Below are positions 43,710 through 53,490 of a DNA stretch of 64,000 nucleotides, piece after piece. The position numbers were made by a program, and so were the translations under genes. Under the pieces are notes generated by a model. It was not told where the DNA came from. It was given only the letters and a program-made list of their open reading frames with translations, and made no database searches. The DNA lies in the NCBI GenBank assembly GCA_049860595.1, contig CP187551.1; one strand, 5' to 3'. Source of the DNA: Methanocaldococcus sp. 16A. GTDB lineage: Archaea; AGJL01; Methanococci; Methanococcales; Methanocaldococcaceae. Each line of letters begins with the position of its first letter. The first letter of the stretch is position 1.

Positions 43710-46700
43710 ATTTCCATACCGAAACGGTCTGATTTTAATTAACACACAAACATTCTTCACCATTGCGGCATTAGTATTTCCATACCGTATCGGTCTGATT
43801 TTAATAATTAAATATTGCCATCAAATATATTGTTATGACCATAAACAGGTTTCCATACCGTATCGGTCTGATTTTAATTGATTAATAGATTACAAAAACA
43901 GTATTTTAAGAATGTTTCCATACCGTATCGGTCTGATTTTAATGAAAATTCTGCAGAATTATAATTCTCTAAAAAAGCTTTTATGTTTCCATACCGTATC
44001 GGTCTGATTTTAATAAAGTAAATATTCCCATTTTTTATTCCCACTATCTTGTTTCCATACCGTATCGGTCTGATTTTAATTGACTGGGATAGTATATATA
44101 AATTACTCACTGAAAAGTTTCCATACCGTATCGGTCTGATTTTAATTTTATATTCCAGCTAAAAAAGCTGTATTCTATGCAGTGTTTCCATACCGTATCG
44201 GTCTGATTTTAATGAACTAAAATTATATTTATTTTTGAAACATTGTAGGTTTCCATACCGTATCGGTCTGATTTTAATCTTTTAGCAAAAAAATATGGCT
44301 TAATTTAAGATGGGTTTCCATACCGTATCGGTCTGATTTTAATCTTTTAGCAAAAAAATATGGCTTAATTTAAGATGGGTTTCCATACCGTATCGGTCTG
44401 ATTTTAATTTGCAAACCATTGCAAATTTAAAAAACAAATAAAATAAGTTTCCATACCGTATCGGTCTGATTTTAATATTCTATCAATACACAAATAGAAT
44501 TCTGCATAACTATTGTTTCCATACCGTATCGGTCTGATTTTAATAGTGTTAAATCCATATTCTCTTTCACAATATTTCCTAAGTTTCCATACCGTATCGG
44601 TCTGATTTTAATATTCTATCAATACACAAATAGAATTCTGCATAACTATTGTTTCCATACCGTATCGGTCTGATTTTAATATTCTATCAATACACAAATA
44701 GAATTCTGCATAACTATTGTTTCCATACCGTATCGGTCTGATTTTAATATTCTATCAATACACAAATAGAATTCTGCATAACTATTGTTTCCATACCGTA
44801 TCGGTCTGATTTTAATTTCGGATATTCTTGAAGCGTTGGGAGCTTGCGTTATAGTTTCCATACCGTATCGGTCTGATTTTAATTTATGTTATACATGGTC
44901 AATGCAGCTAAAGAAGCAGCGTTTCCATACCGTATCGGTCTGATTTTAATATAAACGACACGAACGTTACATTAATCTACGCATTGTTTCCATACCGTAT
45001 CGGTCTGATTTTAATTGTACAATTCTGTGTTTTTCTTACACAATGAGATAACGTTTCCATACCGTATCGGTCTGATTTTAATAATTACTAAATAGATTAA
45101 AAATGAAATGTTTATTAGTGTTTCCATACCGTATCGGTCTGATTTTAATAATATGTTGAGAGATATCTATAGATATTGTGAGATAAGTTTCCATACCGTA
45201 TCGGTCTGATTTTAATTCCAATAGACGACAACGACAAGAAAAACCAAGTATAGTTTCCATACCGTATCGGTCTGATTTTAATATAGAAAATTATTCAATT
45301 GCTGACCAAAAAGCAACCATCGTTTCCATACCGTATCGGTCTGATTTTAATCAAAAAGTTTTGATGAGTTAAAAAAATCATTTGAACGTTTCCATACCGT
45401 ATCGGTCTGATTTTAATGATGAAAAAGGAAATTTCTTAAAAACTTCTGGAAAAATCAGTTTCCATACCGTATCGGTCTGATTTTAATGAGCTAATCCAAT
45501 TATATGCATAATCCCCCCAAAGGTTTCCATACCGTATCGGTCTGATTTTAATTCATATATTTTTATATTTTAAATTACTCATCATATATGTTTCCATACC
45601 GTATCGGTCTGATTTTAATTAAAAAGTGTAGGTGTCCCTAATACAGCTGCAGAAGTTATAGGGTTTCCATACCGTATCGGTCTGATTTTAATCTATAGAT
45701 TCGTAGATGAAGGACCAGTAGGATATATAGAAGTTTCCATACCGTATCGGTCTGATTTTAATTGAAAAGAAGATGGAGAGAAATTTATGGTGATTAATTA
45801 GTTTCCATACCGTATCGGTCTGATTTTAATGAAATCTCCAATGCCCATAGATAGAAAATCTATGTTTCCATACCGTATCGGTCTGATTTTAATTAAAGGA
45901 GCTAATGGCAAAAAGTGGCTAATATACAAAAATGAGTTTCCATACCGTATCGGTCTGATTTTAATGGACATAGAGGGTAATGACATCATCATCAAGTGTA
46001 GTGTTTCCATACCGTATCGGTCTGATTTTAATTGGTTGCTGTATTACGATTCACAATGCTTTGAGATTTTGTTTCCATACCGTATCGGTCTGATTTTAAT
46101 AATAGCGCCCAATTCTCCCGCCCAATCCATCCCAAAATCGTTTCCATACCGTATCGGTCTGATTTTAATTAATTTTTATAGGACCGTAGCAATGATTCTT
46201 TTTTTGTGGTTTCCATACCGTATCGGTCTGATTTTAATTCTTGATAATATACTTATTATGCTCATCTTCAAACTCATAGTTTCCATACCGTATCGGTCTG
46301 ATTTTAATATTTTGAAATTCAGGTATTACAGTGTAAAGTATGTAGTTTCCATACCGTATCGGTCTGATTTTAATTTAAGAATAGCATTTTCAATCTTCTT
46401 TTTTTCTTCGTTTCCATACCGTATCGGTCTGATTTTAATATTCTTAGAAGAGTTTAAAAGAGATGGAGTAAAATATGTTGTTTCCATACCGTATCGGTCT
46501 GATTTTAATAATATTATCAGGGCATGGATGGGTATGTAATAGAATGTGTTTCCATACCGTATCGGTCTGATTTTAATCCTTACAGCATTTCCAGAGATAA
46601 TTGGAACATCTACGTTTCCATACCGTATCGGTCTGATTTTAATTGTGATTTTTACAGCAGAATGTAAAATGCAATTTCAGTTTCCATACCGTATCGGTCT

Positions 46701-46770
46701 GATTTTAATTAATTATCTTAAATAGCAATGTCAATAAATAGTTTCCATACCGTATCGGTCTGATTTTAAT
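43710..46770 (-). CRISPR. CRISPR array, 46 repeats and 45 spacers (31-43 bp) by hand count
   Basis: 30-bp repeat ATTAAAATCAGACCGATACGGTATGGAAAC on minus strand; variant repeats at the left (trailer) end, AT-rich leader at the right. Confidence 0.98.
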
Positions 46771-47200
46771 AGGTAGCATTTTTTGAATTAATTGAAATTA
46801 AGCATTATAAAATCTTTATTTTATAGGCGATATATTACAACCCTCTAATTACTTGGTTCTTTTATATATCTAAACTAATATATAAATTTTTTGGTTTAAT
46901 AAAAATCAATCCAACAAAAGATTTTTAACTAAAAAATCAAATTATTTATTGGAGAAATTTTAATCTAAAAGTAATTATCTAAAATCTATTAAAAATCTTA
47001 ATAATTTAATGTATCCAAATAAATAAAATATTCAAAATAAGCTACTCCTAAAAACTATATAAAAACACTTAAATCCGAAAAATAAGTTTTTAAAAAGATT
47101 TAAATTAAAAATAAAAAACTTTCAGCGTGATAAATATCACTTAAATATTTAAGTTATTAAATTGAATATCATCAAACTATAAAAATCATAATGGTAAAAC
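46771..47200 (-). promoter_or_regulatory. CRISPR leader with BRE/TATA at 46879-46896
   Basis: AT-rich non-coding DNA; minus-strand AACCAAAAAATTTATATA pointing at the array. Confidence 0.8.
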
Positions 47201-47207
47201 TGAAAAC

Positions 47208-47322
47208 TTATAGTTGTGAGCAAAAGTATATAAGTTGAATAAGGAACTAAAGAATACCTTCCAAAAGGAAGGTATTCATATTTTCCTTTTTAAAGTTTAT
47301 TTTATTTTGCTCACAACTATAA
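47208..47322. repeat. Family B palindromic element
   Basis: Perfect 18-bp IR TTATAGTTGTGAGCAAAA; central GAATACCTTCC-AAAA-GGAAGGTATTC. Confidence 0.88.
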
Positions 47323-47341
47323 TAACAATCATGGTGAAAAA

Positions 47342-48688
47342 ATGGCAGTACATCCAATTGATTATAGATATGGAACTCCAGAAATGAGAAGAGTTTGGGA
47401 AGAAGAAAACAAATTAGAAAAAATGTTAAAAGTTGAAGCAGCATTAGCTAAAGCTCAGGCAGAACTCGGTTTAATCCCAAAAGAAGCTGCTGAAGAAATA
47501 AATAGAAAAGCATCAACCAAATATGTAAAATTAGAAAGAGTTAAAGAAATTGAAAAACAGACAAGGCATGATATTGTTGCAATGATTAGGGCTTTAGCTG
47601 AGGTTTGTGAAGGAAATGCTGGGGAATATATACATTTTGGAGCTACATCAAACGATATTGTTGATACAGCCAATTCTTTACTATTAAAAGAATCAATTGA
47701 AATTATAGAAAAAAAATTAAAGCAGTTGAGAGATATTTTATTAGATAAAGCAGAAGAACATAAATACACTGTCTGCGTTGGTAGAACTCATGGACAGCAT
47801 GCAATTCCTACAACTTATGGAATGAGATTTGCTTTATGGGCTGCTGAGATTGACAGACACTTAGAGAGGTTAAAAGAAGCTAAAAAAAGAATATGCGTTT
47901 CTATGATTACTGGAGCTGTTGGAACTATGGCTGCTATGGGAGAGAAAGGTTTAGAAGTGCATAAAAGAGTCGCTGAAATTTTAGGCTTAGAGCCAGTTTT
48001 AATCTCAAATCAGGTTATTCAAAGAGATAGACATGCTGAATTTGTATTTCTATTAGCTTTAATTGCTCAGACATTAAATAAAATTGGAGTTACTGTTAGA
48101 AACATGCAGAGAACAGAGATTGGAGAGTTAGAAGAAGAGTTCGACCCAACAAAGCAGACAGGTTCATCAACAATGCCTCATAAGAGAAACCCAATAACAT
48201 TTGAACAAATTTGTGGTTTATCAAGGGTTATAAAATCTTTATGCATTGCTGAGATGGACAATATTCCTTTATGGGAAGAGAGAGATTTAACAAACTCATC
48301 TGCTGAAAGATGTATATTTGCTGAAGTTTGCGTTTTAACAGACCATATTTTAACTTTAGCAATTAAAGGAATTAAAAAATTAAGAGTTAATATTGAAAAT
48401 GTTGAAAGAAACTTAGAATTAACAAAAGGTCTTATAATGGCTGAGAGAATAATGATTGAGTTAGCTAAAAGAGGTATGGGTAGGCAAACAGCCCATGAAA
48501 TAGTAAGAAGATGTGCAATGAAAGCTTATGAAGAAAAGAGGCATTTAAAAGATGTTTTATTAGAGGATGAGGAAGTAATGAAGTATTTAACAAAAGAAGA
48601 GTTGGATGAGTTGATGAATCCAAAAACATATATTGGCTTAGCACCAAAAATCGTAGATAATGTTATAAAAACTTTAAAAAATAAATAA
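47342..48688 (+). CDS. purB: Adenylosuccinate lyase
   Basis: GSSTMPHKRNP, GRTHGQHA, HFGATSND. Confidence 0.97.
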   Translation: MAVHPIDYRYGTPEMRRVWEEENKLEKMLKVEAALAKAQAELGLIPKEAAEEINRKASTKYVKLERVKEIEKQTRHDIVAMIRALAEVCEGNAGEYIHFGATSNDIVDTANSLLLKESIEIIEKKLKQLRDILLDKAEEHKYTVCVGRTHGQHAIPTTYGMRFALWAAEIDRHLERLKEAKKRICVSMITGAVGTMAAMGEKGLEVHKRVAEILGLEPVLISNQVIQRDRHAEFVFLLALIAQTLNKIGVTVRNMQRTEIGELEEEFDPTKQTGSSTMPHKRNPITFEQICGLSRVIKSLCIAEMDNIPLWEERDLTNSSAERCIFAEVCVLTDHILTLAIKGIKKLRVNIENVERNLELTKGLIMAERIMIELAKRGMGRQTAHEIVRRCAMKAYEEKRHLKDVLLEDEEVMKYLTKEELDELMNPKTYIGLAPKIVDNVIKTLKNK

Positions 48689-48712
48689 TAAAATCAAAGC
48701 AAGCATTAATTT

Positions 48713-48777
48713 ACACCTCTGAGCATAAGCGAAGAGGTGTTATCTTTGATGAACCTTTATTAAAGGTTCATCCAAAG
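48713..48777. repeat. Family C-related double hairpin
   Basis: ACACCTCT-GAGC-ATAA-GCGA-AGAGGTGT plus GATGAACCTTT-ATT-AAAGGTTCATC. Confidence 0.75.
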
Positions 48778-48846
48778 ACATATATTGGTTTAGCTCCAGA
48801 ATTTGTGGATGAGGTTATAAAAACATTAAGAAATAAGAATTACTAA
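48770..48846 (+). pseudogene. Diverged duplicate of the purB 3' end
   Basis: Encodes PKTYIGLAPEFVDEVIKTLRNKNY* versus PKTYIGLAPKIVDNVIKTLKNK* in purB. Confidence 0.88.
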
Positions 48847-48910
48847 AAGATTAATGAATTATTCTATTTTTCTATTTTTAATTTCTATATTTTTAATTTT
48901 GGTGATTTTT

Positions 48911-49552
48911 ATGGATTTTATGGGAGCAATATCAAAAGATGGGCTAGATATAGCAAATAAATCAAGGGAAATTGTTAGAAATAAAATAAAAGAAGTTTTA
49001 GGAGATAAAATAAATGAATTCAGTGGAAAAGAACTGGGGATTATTGAAAGAGTAGTTCATGCTACTGCTGATGAAGAATATGCCAAACTTTTAGTATTTA
49101 AAAATAACCCAATAGAAAATGGGATTGAAGCAATAAAAGATAGAAAACCTATAATTGTTGATGTAAATATGATTAAAGCAGGAATTAGATATGATAAAAT
49201 TCATTGTTTTATAAATCATCCTAATGTTTATGAAATTGCTAAAAAAGAAGGGATAACAAGGGCTGTAGCTTCGATGAGATTAGCTAAGGATTTAATAGAT
49301 GATGGAGTTGTAGTTATTGGAAACTCTCCAACTGCATTATTTGAGGTTATAAGATTAGTTAAAGAAGAAGGAATAAAACCAAAATTAGTTGTTGGTGTTC
49401 CAGTAGGATTTGTTCAGGCATCAGAATCAAAAGAAGCTCTTAGAGAGTTAAATATTCCAAATATATCAACTATAGGACCTAAAGGGGGAACGCCTGTAGC
49501 TGTTGCTATAATTAATGGAATCATTGCCTATGCAAAAGATGAAAGAGCTTAA
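48911..49552 (+). CDS. cbiC: Cobalt-precorrin-8 methylmutase
   Basis: RVVHATAD, IGNSPTAL, GVPVGFV, KGGTPVAVA. Confidence 0.95.
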   Translation: MDFMGAISKDGLDIANKSREIVRNKIKEVLGDKINEFSGKELGIIERVVHATADEEYAKLLVFKNNPIENGIEAIKDRKPIIVDVNMIKAGIRYDKIHCFINHPNVYEIAKKEGITRAVASMRLAKDLIDDGVVVIGNSPTALFEVIRLVKEEGIKPKLVVGVPVGFVQASESKEALRELNIPNISTIGPKGGTPVAVAIINGIIAYAKDERA

Positions 49553-49561
49553 GGTGAAATT

Positions 49562-50683
49562 ATGGAAATATTAGTTAGATATGGAGAAATTGGTTTAAAA
49601 TCAGACCCAATTAGAAAAAACTTAGAAGAAATCTTAAGAAAAAATATTATAAAATTGCTTAGAAAGTATGAAATTGACTGTGATGTCAAAATTTTACATA
49701 GAAGATTGTTAGTTAAAGTAAATACAAAAGATAAAGAGGAATTAGCACTAAAATTATTAAAAAAAGTTGCTGGGATTGTTTCTTATAGTCCAGTTTATGA
49801 ATGTCTATTGGATATCAACGAAATTGTACGTTTTGCAGTTCAGATAATAAAAAAGAAGATAAAAACTCTAAATAAAGAAAATGTAACCTTTGCAGTTAAA
49901 ACAAAAAGAAGTTATAAAAAATTCCCATTTACATCAGTTGAAGTAAATAAAAAAGTTGGTGAGGCAATAGTAGAAAAACTTGGATTAGAGGTTGATTTGG
50001 AAAATCCAGATATTGTTTTAGGAATAGAGATTCTAAATGATAGAGCCTACATATTTACAGAAAAATATGATGGCATTGGAGGACTACCAGCAGGTAGCCA
50101 AGGAAAAGTTCTTTGCTTAATATCTGATGGAATAGACAGCCCTGTAGCGGCATATATGATGATTAGAAGGGGTTGTAGAGCTGTTTTGTTACACTTAAAG
50201 ATGAGTGAAGAGGCGTTAAATAAAGTTAGAAAAATAGTAGAGGTTTTAAGTGATTACGATACTGAGTTAGAATTTGTTGTCTATGATTACTCAAAAGATA
50301 TAGAGGATATTGTAGAAAAACTTAAGAGCATTAAAAGAGAGAATTATACCTGCATATTCTGTAAGAGAAAAATGCTAAAAATAGCTGAAAAGTATGCAAA
50401 ATATTTAGATTGTGATGCTATTGTTACTGGAGATAATTTAGGACAAGTAGCCTCTCAAACATTAAAGAACTTGAGAGTTATAAGCGAGGATATAAAATAT
50501 CCAATCCTAAGACCTTTAATTGGTTTGGATAAAAATGATATTATAAATATAGCTAAAGAAATTGGAACTTATGAAATATCTACTGAAAAAGAAATAAAGT
50601 GCCCATATCTTCCAAAATATCCAAAAACTATCGCTAAACCAGAAGATATCAAAAAAATAAAGGAAAAAGTTAAACTTGCATAG
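49562..50683 (+). CDS. thiI: tRNA 4-thiouridine synthase
   Basis: RYGEIGLK, THUMP, SDGIDSPVA, GQVASQT. Confidence 0.93.
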   Translation: MEILVRYGEIGLKSDPIRKNLEEILRKNIIKLLRKYEIDCDVKILHRRLLVKVNTKDKEELALKLLKKVAGIVSYSPVYECLLDINEIVRFAVQIIKKKIKTLNKENVTFAVKTKRSYKKFPFTSVEVNKKVGEAIVEKLGLEVDLENPDIVLGIEILNDRAYIFTEKYDGIGGLPAGSQGKVLCLISDGIDSPVAAYMMIRRGCRAVLLHLKMSEEALNKVRKIVEVLSDYDTELEFVVYDYSKDIEDIVEKLKSIKRENYTCIFCKRKMLKIAEKYAKYLDCDAIVTGDNLGQVASQTLKNLRVISEDIKYPILRPLIGLDKNDIINIAKEIGTYEISTEKEIKCPYLPKYPKTIAKPEDIKKIKEKVKLA

Positions 50684-50773
50684 AGGTAGTTGCCCATTAA
50701 ATTTTATAAAAATTTTTATTTTTCACATAAAGTTCTATTCTATTAGTTAAACTATCATAAATCCAAAATCTAA

Positions 50774-50790
50774 ACCGAAAATTTTAAATA
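50774..50790 (+). promoter_or_regulatory. BRE/TATA promoter of histone gene
   Basis: ACCGAAAATTTTAAATA. Confidence 0.7.
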
Positions 50791-50837
50791 CCATATATTT
50801 TTAATAAAAATCCTTGTAAAATTTCTGAGGTGGTATT

Positions 50838-51041
50838 ATGGCTGAGCTTCCAGTTGCACCATTTGAAAGAATCTTGAAAAAAGCTGGAGCAGAGAGAGTT
50901 AGCAGAGCAGCTGCAGAATACTTAGCAGAAGCAGTTGAAGAAATCGCATTAGAAATTGCTAAGGAAGCTGTTGAGTTAGCTAAACATGCTAAAAGAAAAA
51001 CTGTAAAAGTTGAAGACATAAAGTTAGCTTTAAAGCAGTAA
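50838..51041 (+). CDS. Archaeal histone
   Basis: MAELPVAP...GAERVS...[12 protein letters not shown]. Confidence 0.97.
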   Translation: MAELPVAPFERILKKAGAERVSRAAAEYLAEAVEEIALEIAKEAVELAKHAKRKTVKVEDIKLALKQ

Positions 51042-51161
51042 ATTGCTAAACCTCTAATTTTTTATTCTTTTGTTTATTTTATGCAAAAAAGATTATTTTA
51101 AATTGGTTTTAATTTAGTTTTAGGTTTTTATTGTTATTTTAGATAGATTGCTACAAATATC

Positions 51162-51257
51162 TATAGGACTCTCGCAGAAATAAATTTTTTATTGAACATG
51201 GACACCTTTAAGGTGTCTAAATTCCAAATTAATATGTAAAGCTGTGAAAGTCCTATA
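51162..51257. repeat. Family A element directly upstream of tRNA-Arg
   Basis: TATAGGACTCTCGCAG...GACACCT-TTA-AGGTGTC...CTGTGAAAGTCCTATA. Confidence 0.85.
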
Positions 51258-51262
51258 TATGT

Positions 51263-51337
51263 GCCCCCGTAGCTCAGCCAGGATAGAGCGTTCGGCTTCG
51301 GACCGAAAGGTCGGGGGTTCAAATCCCCCCGGGGGCG
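51263..51337 (+). tRNA. tRNA-Arg (TCG)
   Basis: TTCGG-CTTCGGA-CCGAA arm; CCA not encoded. Confidence 0.94.
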
Positions 51338-51362
51338 TCAGAATTAATTAAAAGTTGAGACT

Positions 51363-52064
51363 ATGGAATCTCTAATTAGATTATTTGTTTCTATCTTAGT
51401 TGTATGTATTTTAGCATTAATAATTAAGAAAAGCAAATGTTTAGACAATACTGGGATTGTTGGTTCATCAATTATGGGTTTTATATTGCTTTATTTCTGT
51501 GGATTTAAATATTTGATATTGCTTTTATCTTTTTTTATATTAGGTGTTTTAGTGAGTAGAGTAGGATTAGAAAAAAAGAAGGCTAAAAAGATAGCTGAAA
51601 CCTGTAGAAGTTTAAGAAATGTATTAGCCAATGGTCTAATTCCAGTATTATTTGCTATTTTAACAATATTTGGGTTTAATTGGGCGTTAATTGGATATAT
51701 ATCATCAATAGCTGCTGCCACATCAGATACTTTTTCTTCAGAGTTAGGAATCTTATCAGATGAAAAGCCGAGATTAATAACTACCTTTGAAGTTGTTGAA
51801 AAAGGGACTGATGGGGCAATAACAATATTTGGCACATTAGCTGGAGTTTTGGGAGCGTTTTTAATTGGATTAATTGGGTATATATTATTTGAAGATTTTA
51901 AAATTATCATATGTGGTACTATTGGAGGAATCTTAGGAAACTTAGCAGATAGTTTAGTTGGAGCACTGTTTGAAAGAAGAGGAATTTTAAATAATGAGCA
52001 TGTTAATCTAATAGCTACTATTGTTGGAGGAGTTATTGGAGTATTTATTCACTATATATTATAA
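51363..52064 (+). CDS. DUF92/TIGR00297 membrane protein
   Basis: NVLANG, SDTFSSELG, GTDGAIT, DSLVGA. Confidence 0.88.
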   Translation: MESLIRLFVSILVVCILALIIKKSKCLDNTGIVGSSIMGFILLYFCGFKYLILLLSFFILGVLVSRVGLEKKKAKKIAETCRSLRNVLANGLIPVLFAILTIFGFNWALIGYISSIAAATSDTFSSELGILSDEKPRLITTFEVVEKGTDGAITIFGTLAGVLGAFLIGLIGYILFEDFKIIICGTIGGILGNLADSLVGALFERRGILNNEHVNLIATIVGGVIGVFIHYIL

Positions 52065-52102
52065 AACTATCAACATTATCCAAATAAATAAATAGTTGGA
52101 TA

Positions 52103-52120
52103 ACCGAAAAGTTTATATAT
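52103..52120 (+). promoter_or_regulatory. Strong BRE/TATA promoter of the tRNA-5S operon
   Basis: ACCGAAAAGTTTATATAT. Confidence 0.85.
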
Positions 52121-52151
52121 CACTTCCTTTATTTACTAATACTGCAAACGC

Positions 52152-52228
52152 GCCTCGGTGGCTCAGCCTGGTAGAGCGCCTGACTTGTAATCAGGTGGTC
52201 GGGGGTTCAAATCCCCCCCGGGGCTCCA
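52152..52228 (+). tRNA. tRNA-Thr (TGT)
   Basis: Cloverleaf, CTTGTAA loop, CCA. Confidence 0.96.
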
Positions 52229-52243
52229 TTCATTCCTTTGAGT

Positions 52244-52321
52244 GGGCCTGTGGGGTAGCCTGGTCTATCCTTTGGGATTTGGGATCCTGAGACCCCAGTT
52301 CAAATCTGGGCAGGCCCACCA
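52244..52321 (+). tRNA. tRNA-Pro (TGG)
   Basis: Cloverleaf, TTTGGGA loop, CCA. Confidence 0.95.
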
Positions 52322-52328
52322 CTTGTGT

Positions 52329-52405
52329 CCGGCGGTAGTTCAGCCTGGTAGAACGGCGGACTGTAGATCCGCATGTCGCTGGTTCAAATCCGGCCCGCCG
52401 GACCA
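52329..52405 (+). tRNA. tRNA-Tyr (GTA)
   Basis: C1-G72, CTGTAGA loop, CCA. Confidence 0.97.
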
Positions 52406-52424
52406 TCTCCCACTTATCGGGAGA

Positions 52425-52442
52425 ACCGAAAAGTATATATAT
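52425..52442 (+). promoter_or_regulatory. Internal promoter for tRNA-Lys, 5S and tRNA-Asp
   Basis: ACCGAAAAGTATATATAT, near copy of the upstream promoter. Confidence 0.8.
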
Positions 52443-52485
52443 GAGAAACGCGATATGTTTGAAACGCACACGAGCTAAGGGCTGA

Positions 52486-52562
<77 letters not shown>

Positions 52563-52572
52563 CTATTTCTCT

Positions 52573-52692
52573 TGGTACGGCGGTCATAGCGGGGGGGCCA
52601 CACCCGAACCCATCCCGAACTCGGAAGTTAAGCCCCCCAGCGATGCCCCGAGTACTGCCATCTGGCGGGAAAGGGGCGACGCCGCCGGCCAC
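52573..52692 (+). rRNA. rrf: 5S rRNA
   Basis: GCGGTCATAGC...CCCATCCCGAACTCGGAAGTTAAGC...GAGTACTG; about 120 nt with paired ends. Confidence 0.96.
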
Positions 52693-52736
52693 TTTTTATT
52701 GTTTTAAATTCTCAAGGTTGTCCTTGGCATTACTAT

Positions 52737-52814
52737 GCCCTGGTGGTGTAGCCCGGCCTATCATACGGGACTGTCACTCCCGTGACTCGGGTTCAAATCC
52801 CGGCCAGGGCGCCA
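52737..52814 (+). tRNA. tRNA-Asp (GTC)
   Basis: Cloverleaf, CTGTCAC loop, CCA. Confidence 0.96.
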
Positions 52815-52878
52815 ATTTTTATTTTAGAATAATTAATCGATAAATTTAAATATTTTAAAAATATTTTAAGTGAGGTTT

Positions 52879-53490
52879 ATGGAAGAAGAATTTTACAAAA
52901 TTTTTAAAGGGGCAGGATTAATAAAAGCATTGATAAGAAGTATTTTTTTAACAAATAGGAATAAGTTTTCAAAACCTTCAAAAACTAAACCCATACAATT
53001 AATTGAATGTATAGGTTGTGGTCTTTGTGTAGATGTATGTCCAACAAATGCGATAAAGATATTTAACTTTAGAGAAATTATATGCTCTACCTGTAGAACT
53101 TGCTTAGAGGTTTGCCCAAACAATGCAATAATAAAGGATAGATTCACCATAGATACTGACAAATGCACAAAATGTGGAATCTGTGTGTTATTTTGTCCAA
53201 TTCCTATAATAAAAAGAGAAATACCTAAACCTAAAACACCTGTTATCTTAAAAGATAGATGCAACAGTTGTGGTTTATGTGAATGCGAAGCTATTGATAT
53301 AATAAATAAAGAAATAAACCCAGAAAAATGCAAGCTCTGCTTAAAATGTATTGAAAAATGCCCACTACAAGCTATTTTAACACCTGATGAATACATAAAC
53401 TCTCTAATTGTTAAAGTAGATATAGATAGTTGTATATTTTGTAGAGAATGTGAAGAAGTCTGTCCTATAAGGGGAAAATATGAGTATTAA
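52879..53490 (+). CDS. Polyferredoxin
   Basis: Six CxxCxxC(xxxCP) motifs. Confidence 0.9.
   Translation: MEEEFYKIFKGAGLIKALIRSIFLTNRNKFSKPSKTKPIQLIECIGCGLCVDVCPTNAIKIFNFREIICSTCRTCLEVCPNNAIIKDRFTIDTDKCTKCGICVLFCPIPIIKREIPKPKTPVILKDRCNSCGLCECEAIDIINKEINPEKCKLCLKCIEKCPLQAILTPDEYINSLIVKVDIDSCIFCRECEEVCPIRGKYEY

Noticed and set aside
44817-44853. Spacer reading SDILEALGA, reminiscent of TrpD-like motifs
   Set aside because: Too short and generic; other frames are also open
45829-46539. 236-aa ORF and other short ORFs within the CRISPR array
   Set aside because: They are translations of repeat-spacer units (recurring FPYRIGLIL); not genes
43740-46740. Self-targeting spacers within this window
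   Set aside because: None found by eye; not exhaustive and needs BLAST
50681-50740. Possible further family A remnant after thiI
   Set aside because: Only AAAGTTCTATT matches; too degenerate to call
51338-51340. TCA (and CTA after tRNA-Lys) in place of CCA
   Set aside because: The CCA-adding enzyme makes this ordinary in archaea
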